The position numbers were made by a program, and so were the translations under genes. Below are positions 38,936 through 52,500 of a DNA stretch of 64,000 nucleotides, one piece after another. The stretch is from Tubiluchus corallicola (taxonomy: Eukaryota > Animalia > Priapulida): contig JAQGDQ010000327.1 of assembly GCA_030141605.1 (NCBI GenBank), positions 1 through 64,000 of the forward strand, given 5' to 3'. The stretch's first letter is position 1. Each line of letters begins with the position of its first letter. The notes beneath the pieces were generated by a model. The model made no database searches. It saw only the letters and a program-made list of their open reading frames with translations, and was not told where the DNA came from.

Positions 38936-40271
38936 AGATTACTAAATCAGACGACTGAAAGACATAAACCAGGTTTTAAACAGCGGCATAATACCCTTTC
39001 AAAATATCGACTAACCTAGTAATTGCTAAATTGCTAGAAGGTAAATGTTGAAACCATCAGATGCTTGAAATCTGCTAACGTTCTGTTAGCGTGAAAGAAT
39101 CTTTGTAATTGAACTAAATAAGTAGCTAGTTGAATATAAAACATAAAGAAGAATCTGCTCATGAGGGCTTACCACGCTCTCACATTGGCACCTGAAACGG
39201 TTGGACAACAAGTCCTGGGAGGGCGGAAGCAGTCTTGTCCTGCTTGGCGCTTAAACTCCAGCAACACTGAACTCAAGGAATAAGATTACGGCACTTGCAT
39301 TTATAGATTTTGTTCAGGTAAAACAATTAAGAATTTAAATTTAAGACAATCAGTATGTATTTGTGAATTTTATGCAGGCAAGCTAATTATATTTTGATTT
39401 ACAGGGGTAAAGTGACTGAGCGATTGAAAGTTTGAACGCAAAAACGGCGAAACTCAGCCCCTTAACCTCCCTTTAAAATCAAAGTTCCCGTTTTGATTGG
39501 AGCTTGCATTATAAAAGGAATAATGCCTACCAGAACGTGACCAAAGATTTTTAAACGCAACGCGAGAGAGAGATAGCAATTTTATTCTTCATAATTTCAA
39601 AAAAACTGTCAGCTTGTGTTCAAGTTCGCGAAATTATTTGTTAAAGTTAAAGCTTTTCTTTTAATGATTTTCTGAAGATCTTCTAAATTGAATCGGTTCA
39701 TTTTAGATGAAACAGTGATTCTTACAAACATACAACCAGTTTACATTGGCAGAGTTTACAGTATAGAACATTATGCCAAATAGGTAATGATTAAGCAGAC
39801 TTGTAGAAAAGAAATTGATTCTTTAAAAATATTATTATTTTGTTTTATTTTGTTTGACAGGTTTAATTGTGCACCCTTAATTACGAATTTTGTAGCTTAG
39901 AATCGTCTGCCAGCCTAACCCCCGGGAAGGTGCTCTTAAAAAGAGAAATTTTTATCTATTTATAGATAATCTCGTGTATCTGATCAGAAGAGAACTACAA
40001 GCAACTTCATCACCTGACAACCTCAACCATCTGGGAAGAAGACGTCTGCAGACAACCTCAATCATATACAGAAGACATCTACAAGCAATCTAAAAGTATC
40101 TAGTCAGAGGGCGTCTGTATCCGACTCCCACTGATCTGTTAAGATCTACAAAAAATAGATCTAAATTATCTTCTCAGAAGACATGTACGGCCAAACTCAA
40201 GCATTTATTAGGAATATAGTTCTGGTCAGAAGAATTCTACACTCATTGGCAAGCCTCTGAATAGAGACATA

Positions 40272-41325
40272 TGTAACATCGAACTTGGGTCGGGCGACTT
40301 ATGTCAAGATGGATTGCCGAACGGGTCTGTGACCTCAAATGTTAAAGAGCAGCAATATTTGCTTAACTTCTAAGGTGATTGCAAGCGCAGGAGGATCAGT
40401 CCTTCCTAACGTACAGAGTATGGGCCAATGGTGATTCAGTGTGAACTGAAAAAGTGAAGGCAACCGAGTATAAATAAGTGAAGTGACTGGCATAGGTTTA
40501 ACATTTTAATTTGCATGATCAATCAAAATCAGTAAACACAACTCTAAACTTACACAAGCACAGTAGGGAGCCTCTCATTTAATATCAATCACCTAGCGTT
40601 TCACATACGCGAGACGTGTCCCAGCTGGTTGGAATGACTTTGCTAACAACTGACCCGTCGGCAACGGCGATTGCATCAATGTTCCACTCATATGGCTGGC
40701 TCAGAGGAAGGAACTATCTTCGATGACGATCACCAAGACGCTTTTGACGACCTCCTCTTCAGATGAGTCAGGTATAAGACTTACAGAACGTATAGAAGTC
40801 TGCTCATGCCATTTTCGTTGGAAACTCTGCCATCGTGAGAGCATACACGTCTTAGTAAATGTCTCTCGCCAAACACCAGACATATTATTTGCATTCTGAT
40901 AACGACTGGGAGCGTGAATAATTCACTTAGCTAATTGCAAGTTACCAAGTTGATTACAAAAGTATCCAAAGCAATGTCCTGTCGGCCAATGCCTCGACCA
41001 AAACAAAATCAATAGGCCTTTTAGCTCAGTCGGCCATTCAACCAAAACTGTATCAGTTATCTCGTGGAACAACGGGCACCACTCAAGTCATACCTGTCGT
41101 GACCCTGTTAATCACAGCAGTACTATAGGTATAACATCATGATGGTCCAAAAGTTAACCTGTAATATTTTTTTGCTGAACTCACAATAGACGAAATCGCC
41201 AATTTATTAATACCTGGCTCAATACAATACATTTAGATATACCTAATAGTTCTTCCAAAAGCACGTAAACGTGTTATTACAGTTAAATGGTTATTCGTTT
41301 TAATCTGCTAAATACGAGCGTGACA
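40272..41325. mobile_element. Solo LTR inserted in satellite
   Basis: TGTAAC...GTGACA termini, 1054 bp, flanked by ACATA/ACAAA (5-bp TSD with one mismatch). Removing it restores the satellite sequence GAATAGAGACATA-CACAGACAGC. Confidence 0.75.
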
Positions 41326-41767
41326 ACAAACACAGACAGCCTAATTAGCTTGTCAGAAGACATGAATGGCCAAACTCAAGCATATCTCGAAGGAAGAGCT
41401 CTATTGCCAATCTGATGTACCTGATCAGAAGAAATCTGTAGGCAACTCATGATGTGGTAAGATGACACAGATACAGGCAACTTAAACAATTTGGTAATAT
41501 GACGTTTCCAAGCAATCTAAAACATTTATTAATACCTCAAGGCTGAAGACATCTACATCCAATCCCAACCATCTGTTAAGATCTGCAGACAAACTGAAAC
41601 AACTAGACACCTTATGTATCTAGTTAGAGGGCATCTGCATCCAATCCCAATAATCTATAGACAAACAGAAACATCTAATAGGAACTCATCTAGACCAATC
41701 TCAAACTTCTGGACAGACGAAACCTAGAGCCAATGTCTAATCAGAAGACTTCTACAGGCTACGTTAA

Positions 41768-42291
41768 GGGAAAACCGAGTGATTGTGTAAACATTAGTTC
41801 AGAATACAGAATGCTCTAAAATACTAAAAACTACAATAGTTTTTTTTTAAATCAAAGCTTAGACTAAATAATAATTACCTTGGATACACAAATTTCGTAA
41901 CTTTGAATGCTACGCGAAGCTCAATGAATCTACTAAGATTGGCAGTGGCGGCTTTTTGCCATGTTCTCGTGGCTGATAAATGGAAGGCGGTACCGTGATA
42001 ACCATGATCATGAACTGCAGTGTTAGTTTCTAACGTCATATGATGTAGAGCCCATTTTCGTGACATCATACGTTTAAACAGTAACACTTACGCAAACGCG
42101 CTAGGGAGATGGCTACCAGTACACAAACTGTGGTGACGTAAGCAATAGCTCTGTTCGGTTGCAGTTAATTAACTTTCTAAGCTAATTATTCAAATATAAG
42201 AAACAATTGCTAACTTTTATAGGCAACAAAATGTATATTTTGGACACAAAATTAAAATGAGATTGAGTCTAAACAATCGACCGGTCCTTCT
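41768..42291. mobile_element. MITE with TTAA target duplication (Kolobok-like)
   Basis: TTAA on both sides (41764-41767, 42292-42295). Imperfect ~25-bp TIRs (GGGAAAACCGAGTGATTGTGTAAAC versus reverse complement AGAAGGACCGGTCGATTGTTTAGAC) with purine termini. The flanks rejoin as satellite. Confidence 0.7.
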
Positions 42292-43585
42292 TTAAGTATC
42301 TGAACAGAGACACATGCAGACAGCCTCAAACATCTCCTAACACCTGACGTTACTAGTTAGAGGGCATCTGCATCCAATCCCAATAATCTCTTAAGATCTA
42401 TAGACAAACTGAAACATCTAGTAAGAGCTCATCTAGAGCTATCTCAAACATCTGGGGAAATGAAATCTACTGCCAGTCTCAAGTATCTGATCGGAAGACT
42501 TCTACAGGCAATGTTAAGTATCTGAATAGAGACATATATGGACATCCTCAACTTGCCATATATGGGTCAATGTCAAACAATTTAATTTAGCGTTCTATAA
42601 TTATTTGTTTTTGCAATTTTTCAAATATGCATTTCTTTAAAGTGCTTGAAATGAAGCCAGTCTTAGTCAAGTAACCTAAGCTTTAGTATTATACGCCACC
42701 TATCAATCACACTTGTTTTTTACACATAGTTAGATTTTCTGTTGCCGCCACGCTAATCATGCCGTTTGGTAATACGTGAATTACTTTATTTTGTTATGAT
42801 TTGACAGTCATTAGTCGTATTGTTAAGCCAAAATAGTCACCAGTAAATGTAAGTCGCTATCTACTTTAATAATTAGTTAATAATTTAAAATCGTCTGAAA
42901 TTGCTTCACGTCTCCTGAATCGTCAAGTAATAATTTGTGTTTCAGTCTTCTTAAATCTAATTTTTCATCTTTGTCTAAATAGCAAATAACCTTTAGCGAT
43001 CTATTTTCTGTTTTTAATAAATTTCGTGTCTATCGCACAGTTCAATGATGACTATTGCCGTTTCTTTGCCTGGACTCTGTGCTTCCACAATATTTATTGC
43101 CAAACTCGAGCATCTTGTAGAAAGGCTTTTATTGTCAATCTGTGGTACTTGAACAAAAGATAGCTACACGCAATTTCTCCATCTGATGAGACATCTCCTG
43201 GCATCCACAACCATCTTGTAAGAGAACGTCTGCAGACAACCTTAGCCATCTACAGAAGACGTCTACAAGCAATCTAGAACACCTACTAATTCCTCAAGTC
43301 TGAAGACACCTACATCCAATCCTAGTCGTATGTTAACATCTACAGAAAAACTTTAATATCTAATAAGAATTCATCTAGAGCTATACCAAACTTCTGGACA
43401 GATGAAATCTACTGAAAACCTCTAATGTCTAATCAGAAAACTTCTACAGGCAATGTTTAGCATCTGCATAAAGACATGTACATCTACATTCAATCCAAAT
43501 AATCTGCTAAGACCTACAAATAAACTGAAACATCTAGTCAGTATTCATCTAAAGCAATCTCAAACATCTGGACACAAGAGACCAT

Positions 43586-46500
43586 GTATGTAGAGTCTTA
43601 AAAGATTATTGGGATTTGTCATAGATGCCATAAAACTAGATATGTGAGGTGATGGGAGATGGGAGTAGATTTCAGCTATTCCGATAATTAAGATTGCCTG
43701 CAGAAGTACTCTAATTAGATACTTTGGCCTAACAGTAGATTTCATCTATTTACGTGTTCGAGATTGCCCTAGATGAGTTCTGAGTAGATGTTTCACTTTG
43801 CGTGTATCAATGTCGTCTTACCAGATGATGAAGTCCCTGCAGATTTCTTCTGCCAGGTAGCTCAGATTCGTAATCAAACTATCCCTACCAAATGCTTAAG
43901 TTTGGCCATACATCTCTTCTGACAAGGTAACTCAGGTCGTCTGCGTATGTCTCTATTCAAATGCATAACATTGAATGTAGAAGTCTTTTCATTCGATACT
44001 TGAGAATGGCAGTAGATTTCAGCTATTTCGATAATTAAGATTGCCTGCAGAAGTACTATAATTAGATACTTTGGCCAAACAGTAGATTTCATCTATTTAC
44101 GTGTTCGAGATTGCCCTAGATGAGTTCTGAGTAGATGTTTCACTTTGCCTGTATCAATGTCGTCTTACCTGATGATGAGGTCCCTGCAGATTTCTTCTGC
44201 CAGGTAGCTCAGATTCGCAATCAAACTCTCCCTACCAAATGCCTAAGTTTGGCCATACATCTCTTCTGACAAGGTAATTCAGGCCGTCTGCGTATGTCTC
44301 TATTCAAATGCATAACATTGCCTGTAGAAGTCTTTTCATTCGATACTTGAGAATGGCAGTAGTTTTCATCAGTCCATTGCTTGAGGATGATCCAGATGAG
44401 TTTTTGCATGATGTTTCGTTTCGTCTGCATATCATAGCAGCCGGTCAGGATTGGATGTAAGCGTCTTCTAACTCGAGGTATTAATATGTGTTTTAGATTG
44501 CGTGGAAATGTCATCTTACGAAACGGCTGAAGTTGCCCTTATCGATGTCGTCTTACCTGATGATGAGTAGCCTGTTGATTTCTTCTGATCATATTTCTCA
44601 GATTGACAATAAAACTCTTCGTACCAAATGTTTTAGTTTGGCCATACATGTCTCCTGGCATGCTAATTGAAGCTGTCTGTGTATGTTTCTATTCAGGTGC
44701 TTAACATTGCCTGTAGAAGTCTTCTCATTAGATACTTGAGAATGGCAGTAGATTTCAGCTATTTCGATAATTAAGATTGCCTGCAGAAGTACTCTAATTA
44801 GATACTTTGGCCAAACAGTAGATTTCATCTATTTACGTGTTCGAGATTGCCCTAGATGAGTTCTGAGTAGATGTTTCACTTTGCCTGTATCAATGTCGTC
44901 TTACCTGATGATGAGGTCCCTGCAGATTTCTTCTGCCAGGTAGCTCAGATTCGCAATCAAACTCTCCCTACCAAATGCCTAAGTTTGGCCATCTCTATTC
45001 AAATGCATAACATTGCCTGTAGAAGTCCTCTGGTTAGATACTTAAGAATGGTAGTACATTTCACCTATTCAGATGTTTGAGATTGTTCGAGATCAGTTCT
45101 TACTTGATGTTCCAGTTCGTATGTAGATCTTAGCAGATGACCGGGTTTGGATGTAAGCGTCTTTTAACTCGAGGTATTAATATATGTTTAGATTGCGTGG
45201 AAATGTCATCGTACGAAACGATTGAAGTTACGTATACCTACGCCGTTTTACCAGACGACGAGTAGCCTGCTGATTTCTCTGATCAGGTACTTCAGTTTGA
45301 CAATAAAACTCTTCGTACTAAATGCTTAAGTTTGACCATACATGTCTTCTCTTAAGCTAATTGAAGCTGTCTGTGTATATCTCTATTCAGATGCTTAACA
45401 TTGCCTGTGTGGAAATCTTCTGGTTAGATATTTGAGAATGGCAGTAGATTTTAGGTATTTCAGATGTTAGGAGATGTTTGAAGTTATCTGTATGTCTTTA
45501 TTCCGATATCTAAGAATGCCTGCAGAAGTCCTCTATTTAGATACTTTGGGCTTTTAGTAGATTTTGTCAGTTCAGATACTTGAAATTGCTCTAGCTGATT
45601 TCTGACTAGATGTTTCATTTTGTCTGCACATATGAGTGGGATTCGATGTAGATGTCTTCAGAATTGGGAATTAGTAAATGTTTTGGATTGCTTGGAAATG
45701 TCACCTCACCAAACGGTTGAAATTGGCTGTATCAATGTCGTCTTGCGAAATGATGAGATTCCTGCAGATTTATTCTGTTCAAACGCTCAGATTGCAATGA
45801 AACTCTTCCTGCCAAATGCTCGAGTATGGCTATTTGTCTTCTGACGAGCTAATTGAGGCTTGTCTGTGTCACCACTATTCACGTATTAAAATTTATTGTA
45901 GGTACCCGAGAATGGCAGTAAATTTCATCTGTCCATTGTTTGTGGTTGTTCGAGACGAGTTCTTACTAGATGTTTCAGTTCGCACGTAGATCTTAGCAGA
46001 CGATATGGATTGCATGCAGATGCTTTCTAACTCCAAGTGTTAATATCTGTTTTACAGAGCTTGAAAATGTCATCTTACCAAACGGTTGATGTTGCTTTAT
46101 CTAAGTGATATTACCAGATGATGAGTTCCCTGCAGATTTCTTGTGCTCAGGCATCTCAGACAATCGATAGAACTCTTCTTACCAGATGCTGAGCTTGGCC
46201 ATAAACGTCTTCTGACAAGCTAATTGAGGCCGTCTGCGTATGTTTCTATTCAAATGTATAACATTGCCTGTAGAAGTCCTCTGGTTAGATACTTAAGAAT
46301 GGTAGTACATTTCACCTATTCAGATGTTTGAGATTGTTCGAGATTAGTTCTTACTTGATGTTCCAGTTCGTATGTAGATCTTAGCAGATGATCGGGTTTG
46401 GATGTAAGCGTCTTTTAACTCGAGGTGTTAATATATGTTTAGATTGCGTGGAAATGTCATCGTACGAAACGATTGAAGTTACCTATGCCTACGCCGTTTT

Positions 46501-49500
46501 ACCAGACGACGAGTAGTCTGCTGATTTCTTCTGATCATATTTCTCAGATTGACAATAAAACTCTTCGTACCAAATGTTTTAGTTTGGCCATACATGTCTC
46601 CTGGCATGCTAATTGAAGCTGTCTGTGTATGTTTCTATTCAGGTGCTTAACATTGCCTGTAGAAGTCTTCTCATTAGATACTTGAGAATGGCAGTAGATT
46701 TCAGCTATTTCGATAATTAAGATTGCCTGCAGAAGTACTCTAATTAGATACTTTGGCCAAACAGTAGATTTCATCTATTTACGTGTTCGAGATTGCCCTA
46801 GATGAGTTCTGAGTAGATGTTTCACTTTGCCTGTATCAATGTCGTCTTACCTGATGATGAGGTCCCTGCAGATTTCTTCTGCCAGGTAGCTCAGATTCGC
46901 AATCAAACTCTCCCTACCAAATGCTTAAATTTGGCCATACATTCTTTTGACAAGGTAATTCAGGTCGTCTGCGTATGTCTCTATTCAAATGCATAACATT
47001 GCCTGTAGAAGTCTTTTCATTCGATACTTGAGAATGGCAGTAGTTTTCATCAATCCATTGCTTGAGGATGATCCAGATGAGTTTTTGCTTGATGTTTCAT
47101 TTTGTCTGCAGATCATAGCAGACGATCAGGATTGGATGTAGATGTCTTCTAACTCGAGGTATTAATTTATGTTTTAGATCTCTTGGAAATGTCATCTTAC
47201 CAAACGGCTGAAGTTGCCCTTATCGATGTCGTCTTACCTGATGAAGAGTAGCCTGTTGATTTCTTCTGATCATATATCTCAGATTGACAATAAAACTCTT
47301 CGTACCAAATGTTTTAGTTTGGCCATATATGTCTCCTGGCATGCTAATTGAAGCTGTCTGTGTATGTTTCTATTCAGATGCTTAACATTGCCTGTAGAAG
47401 TCTTCTCATTAGATACTTGAGAATGGCAGTAGATTTCAGCTATTCCGATAATTAAGAATGCCTGCAGAAGTACTCTAATTAGATACTTTGGCCTAACAGT
47501 AGAATTCATCTATTTACGTGTTCGAGATTGTCCTAATGAGTTCTGAGTAGATGTTTCACTTTGCGTGTATCAATGTCGTCTTACCAGATGATGAGGTCCC
47601 TGCAGGCAGATGGCTTCTAACTCCAACTGTTAATATCTGTTTTAGAGAGCTTGAAAATTTCATCTTACCAAACGGTTGATGTTGCTTTATCTAAGCGATC
47701 TTACCAGATGATGAGTTCCCTGCAGATTTCTTGTGCTCAGGCATCTCAGACTATCGATAGAACTCTTCTTACCAGATTCTGAGCTTGGCCATAAACGTCT
47801 GCGTATGTCTCTATTCAAATGCAAAACATTGCCTGTAGAAGTCCTCTGGTTAGATACTTAAGAATGGTAGTACATTTCACCTATTCAGATGTTTGAGATT
47901 GTTCGAGATCAGTTCTTGCTTGATGTTCCAGTTCGTATGTAGATCTTAGCAGATGATCGGGTTTGGATGTAAGCGTCTTTTAACTCGAGGTGTTAATATA
48001 TGTTTAGATTGCGTGGAAATGTCATCGTACGAAACGATTGAAGTTACCTATGCCTACGCCGTTTTACCAGACGACGAGTAGTCTGCTGATTTCTTCTGAT
48101 CAGGTACTTCAGTTTGACAATAAAACTCTTCGTACCAAATGTTTTAGTTTGGCCATACATGTCTCCTGGCATGCTAATTGAAGCTGTCTGTGTATGTTTC
48201 TATTCAGGTGCTTAACATTGCCTGTAGAAGTCTTCTCATTAGATACTTTGGCCAAACAGTAGATTTCATCTATTTACGTGTTCGAGATTGCCCTAGATGA
48301 GTTCTGAGTAGATGTTTCACTTTGCGTGTATCAATGTCGTCTTACCAGATGATGAGGTCCCTGCAGGCAGATGGCTTCTAACTCCAACTGTTAATATCTG
48401 TTTTAGAGAGCTTGAAAATGTCATCTTACCAAACGGTTGATGTTGCTTTATCTAAGCGATCTTACCAGATGATGAGCTCCCTGCAGATTTCTTGTGCTCA
48501 GGCATCTCAGACTGTCGATAGAACTCTTCTTACCAGATTCTGAGCTTGGCCATAAACGTCTGCGTATGTCTCTATTCAAATGCAAAACATCGCCTGTAGA
48601 AGTCCTCTGGTTAGATACTTAAGAATGGTAGTACATTTCACCTATTCAGATGTTTGAGATTGTTCGAGATCAGTTCTTACTTGATGTTCCAGTTCGTATG
48701 TAGTTCTTAGCAGATGACCGGGTTTGGATGTAAGCGTCTTTTAACTCGAGGTATTAATATATGTTTAGATTGCGTGGAAATGTCATCGTACGAAACGATT
48801 GAAGTTACGTATACCTACGCCGTTTTACCAGACGACGAGTAGCCTGCTGATTTCTCTGATCAGGTACTTCAGTTTGACAATAAACTCTTCGTACTAAATG
48901 CTTAAGTTTGACCATGCATGTCTTCTGTTAAGCTAATTGAAGCTGTCTGTGTATATTTCTATTCTGATGCTTAACATTGCCTGTGTGGAAATCTTCTGGT
49001 TAGATATTTGAGAATGGCAGTAGATTTTAGGTATTTCAGATGTTAGGAGATGTTTGAAGTTATCTGTATGTCTTTATTCCGATATCTAAGAATGCCTAAA
49101 GAAGTCCTCTATTTAGATACTTTGGCCTTTTAGTAGATTTTGTCAGATCAGATACTTGAAATTGCTCTAGCTGATTTCTGACTAGATGTTTCATTTTGTC
49201 TGCAGATCTTAACATATGAGTGGGATTGGATGTAGATGTCTTCAGAATTGGGGAATTAGTAAATGTTTTGGATTGCTTGGAAATGTCATCTTACCAAACT
49301 GTTGAAATTGCCTGTATCAATGTCGTCTTACCAGATGATGAGTTTCCTGCAGATTTATTCTGTTCAAGTACATGAGATTCGCAATGAAACTCTTCCTACC
49401 AAATGCTCGAGTATGGCCATTTATGTCTTCTGACGAGCTAATTGAGGCTTGTCTGTGTCACCACTATTCACGTATTAAAATTTGTTGTAGATACTCGAGA

Positions 49501-52500
49501 ATGGCAGTAAATTTCATCTGTCCATTGTTTGTGGTTGTTCGAGACGAGTTCTTATTAGACGTAGACGTTTCAGTTCGGACGTAGATCTTAGCAGACGATC
49601 TGGATTGGATGCAGATGGCTTCTAACTCCAAGTGTTAATATCTGTTTTAGAGAGCTTGAAAATGTCATCTTACCAAACGGTTGATGTTGCTTTATCTAAG
49701 CGATCTTACCAGATGATGAGTTCCCTGCAGATTTCTTGTGCTCAGGCATCTCAGACTGTCGATAGAACTCTTCTTACCAGATTCTGAGCTTGGCCATAAA
49801 CGTCTGCGTATGTCTCTATTCAAATGCAAAACATCGCCTGTAGAAGTCCTCTGGTTAGATACTTAAGAATGGTAGTACATTTCACCTATTCAGATGTTTG
49901 AGATTGTTCGAGATCAGTTCTTACTTGATGTTCCAGTTCGTATGTAGATCTTAGCAGATGATCGGGTTCGGATGTAAGCGTCTTTTAACTCGAGGTGTTA
50001 ATATATGTTTAGATTGCGTGGAAATGTCATCGTACGAAACGATTGAAGTTACCTATGCCTACGCCGTTTTACCAGACGACGAGTAGTCTGCTGATTTCTC
50101 TGATCAGGTACTTCAGTTTGAACACTTCGTACTAAATGCTTAAGTTTGACCATACATGTCTTCTCTTAAGCTAATTGAAGCTGTCTGTGTATATCTCTAT
50201 TCAAATGCATAACATTGCCTGTAGAAGTCCTCTGGTCAGATACTTAAGAATGGTAGTACATTTCACCTATTCAGATGTTTGAGATTGTTCGAGATCAGTT
50301 CTTGCTTGATGTTCCAGTTCGTATGTAGATCTTAGCAGATGATCGGGTTTGGATGTAAGCGTCTTTTAACTCGAGGTGTTAATATATGTTTAGATTGTGT
50401 GGAAATGTCATCGTACGAAACGATTGAAGTTACCTATGCCTACGCCGTTTTACCAGACGACGAGTAGTCTGCTGATTTCTCTGATCAGGTACTTCAGTTT
50501 GACAATAGAACTCTTCGTACTAAATGCTTAAGTTTGACCATACATGTCTTCTGTTAAGCTAATTGAAGCTGTCTGTGTATATCTCTATTCAGATGGTTAA
50601 CATTGACTGTGTGGAAATCTTCTGGTTAGATATTTTAGAACGGCAGTAGATTTCAGGTATTTCAGGTGTTAGGAGATGTTTGAAGTTATCTGTATGTCTT
50701 TATTCCGATATCTAAGAATGCCTGCAGAAGTCCTCTATTTAGATACTTTGGGCTTTTAGTAGATTTTGTCAGTTCAGATACTTGAAATTGCTCTAGCTGA
50801 TTTCTGACTAGATGTTTCATTTTGTCTGCAGATCTTAACATATGAGTGCGATTCGATGTAGATGTCTTCAGAATTGGGAATTGGTAAATGTTTTGGATTG
50901 CTTGGAAATGTCACCTCACCAAACGGTTGAAATTGCCTGTATAAATGTCGTCTTACCAAATGATGAGTTTCCTGCAGATTTATTCTGTTCAAGTACCTGA
51001 GATTCGCAATGAAACTATACCTACCAAATGCTCGAGTATGGCCATTTATGTCTTCTGACGAGCTAATTGAGGCTTGTCTGTGTCACCACTATTCACGTAT
51101 TAAAATTTATTGTACATACTCGAGAATGGCAGTAAATTTCATCTGTCCATTGTTTGTGGTTGTTCGAGACGAGTTCTTACTAGATGTTTCAGTTCGCACG
51201 TAGATCTTAGCAGACGATATGGATTGGATGCAGATGCTTTCTAACTCCAAGTGTTAATATCTGTTTTAGAGAGCTTGAAAATGTGATCTTACCAAACGGT
51301 TGATGTTGCTTTATCTAAGTGATATTACCAGATGATGAGTTCTCTGCAGATTTCTTGTGCTCAGGCATCTCAGACAATCGATAGAACTCTTCTTACCAGA
51401 TGCTGAGCTTGGCCATAAACGTCTTCTGACAAGCTAATTGAGGCCGTCTGCGTATGTTTCTATTCAAATGCATAACATTTTCTGTAGAAGTCCTCTGGTT
51501 AGATACTTAAGAATGGTAGTACATTTCACCTATTCAGATGTTTGAGATTGTTCGAGATTAGTTCTTACTTGATGTTCCAGTTCGTATGTAGATCTTAGCA
51601 GATGATCGGGTTCGGATGTAAGCGTCTTTTGACTCGAGGTATTAATATATGTTTAGATTGCGTGGAAATGTCATCGTACGAAACGATTGAAGTTACCTAT
51701 GCCTACGCCGTTTTACCAGACGACGAGTAGTCTGCTGATTTCTCTGATCAGGTACTTCAGTTTGACAATAGAACTCTTCGTACTAAATGCTTAAGTTTGG
51801 CCATACATGTCTTCTGTTAAGCTAATTGAAGCTGTCTGTGTATATCTCTATTCAAATGCAAAACATCGCCTGTAGAAGTCCTCTGGTTAGATACTTAAGA
51901 ATGGTAGTACATTTCACATATTCAGATGTTTGAGATTGTTCGAGATCAGTTCTTACTTGATGTTCCAGTTCGTATGTAGATCTTAGCAGATGATCGGGTT
52001 CGGATGTAAGCGTCTTTTAACTCGAGGTGTTAATATATGTTTAGATTGCGTGGAAATGTCATCGTACGAAAAGATTGAAGTTACCTATGCCTACGCCGTT
52101 TTACCAGACGACGAGTAATCTGCTGATTTCTCTGATAAATTGCTTGTATCAATGTCGTCTTGCGAAATGATGAGATACCTGCAGATTTATTCTGTTCAAA
52201 CGCTCAGATTCGCAATGAAACTCTTCCTGCCAAATGCTCGAGTATGGCCATTTATGTCTTCTGACGAGCTAATTGAACGTATTAAAATTTATTGTACATA
52301 CTCGAGAATGGCAGTAAATTTCATCTGTCCATTTTTTGTGGTTGTTCGAGACGAGTTCTTACTAGATGTTTCAGTTCGCACGTAGATCTTAGCAGACGAT
52401 CTGGATTGGATGCAGATGCTTTCTAACTACAAGTGTTAATATCTGTTTTAGAGAGCTTGAAAATGTCATCTTACCAAACGGTTGATGTTGCTTTATCTAA

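Larger units (their letters stand above)
39965..43580 (-). repeat. Reverse-orientation, more diverged block of the 35-bp-unit satellite, interrupted by insertions
   Basis: 39965-40271, 41326-41767, 42292-42555 and 43095-43580 are reverse complements of the main array (e.g. TGTCAGAAGACATGAATGGCCAAACTCAAGCAT versus ATGCTTAAGTTTGGCCATACATGTCTTCTG). Confidence 0.85.

Noticed and set aside
44160-44235. Hammerhead ribozyme in the satellite (CTGATGA...GAAA)
   Set aside because: Copies with CTGATGA have CAAA rather than GAAA downstream, copies with GAAAC lack the core C, and I could not build stems I-III. An Infernal scan would settle it.
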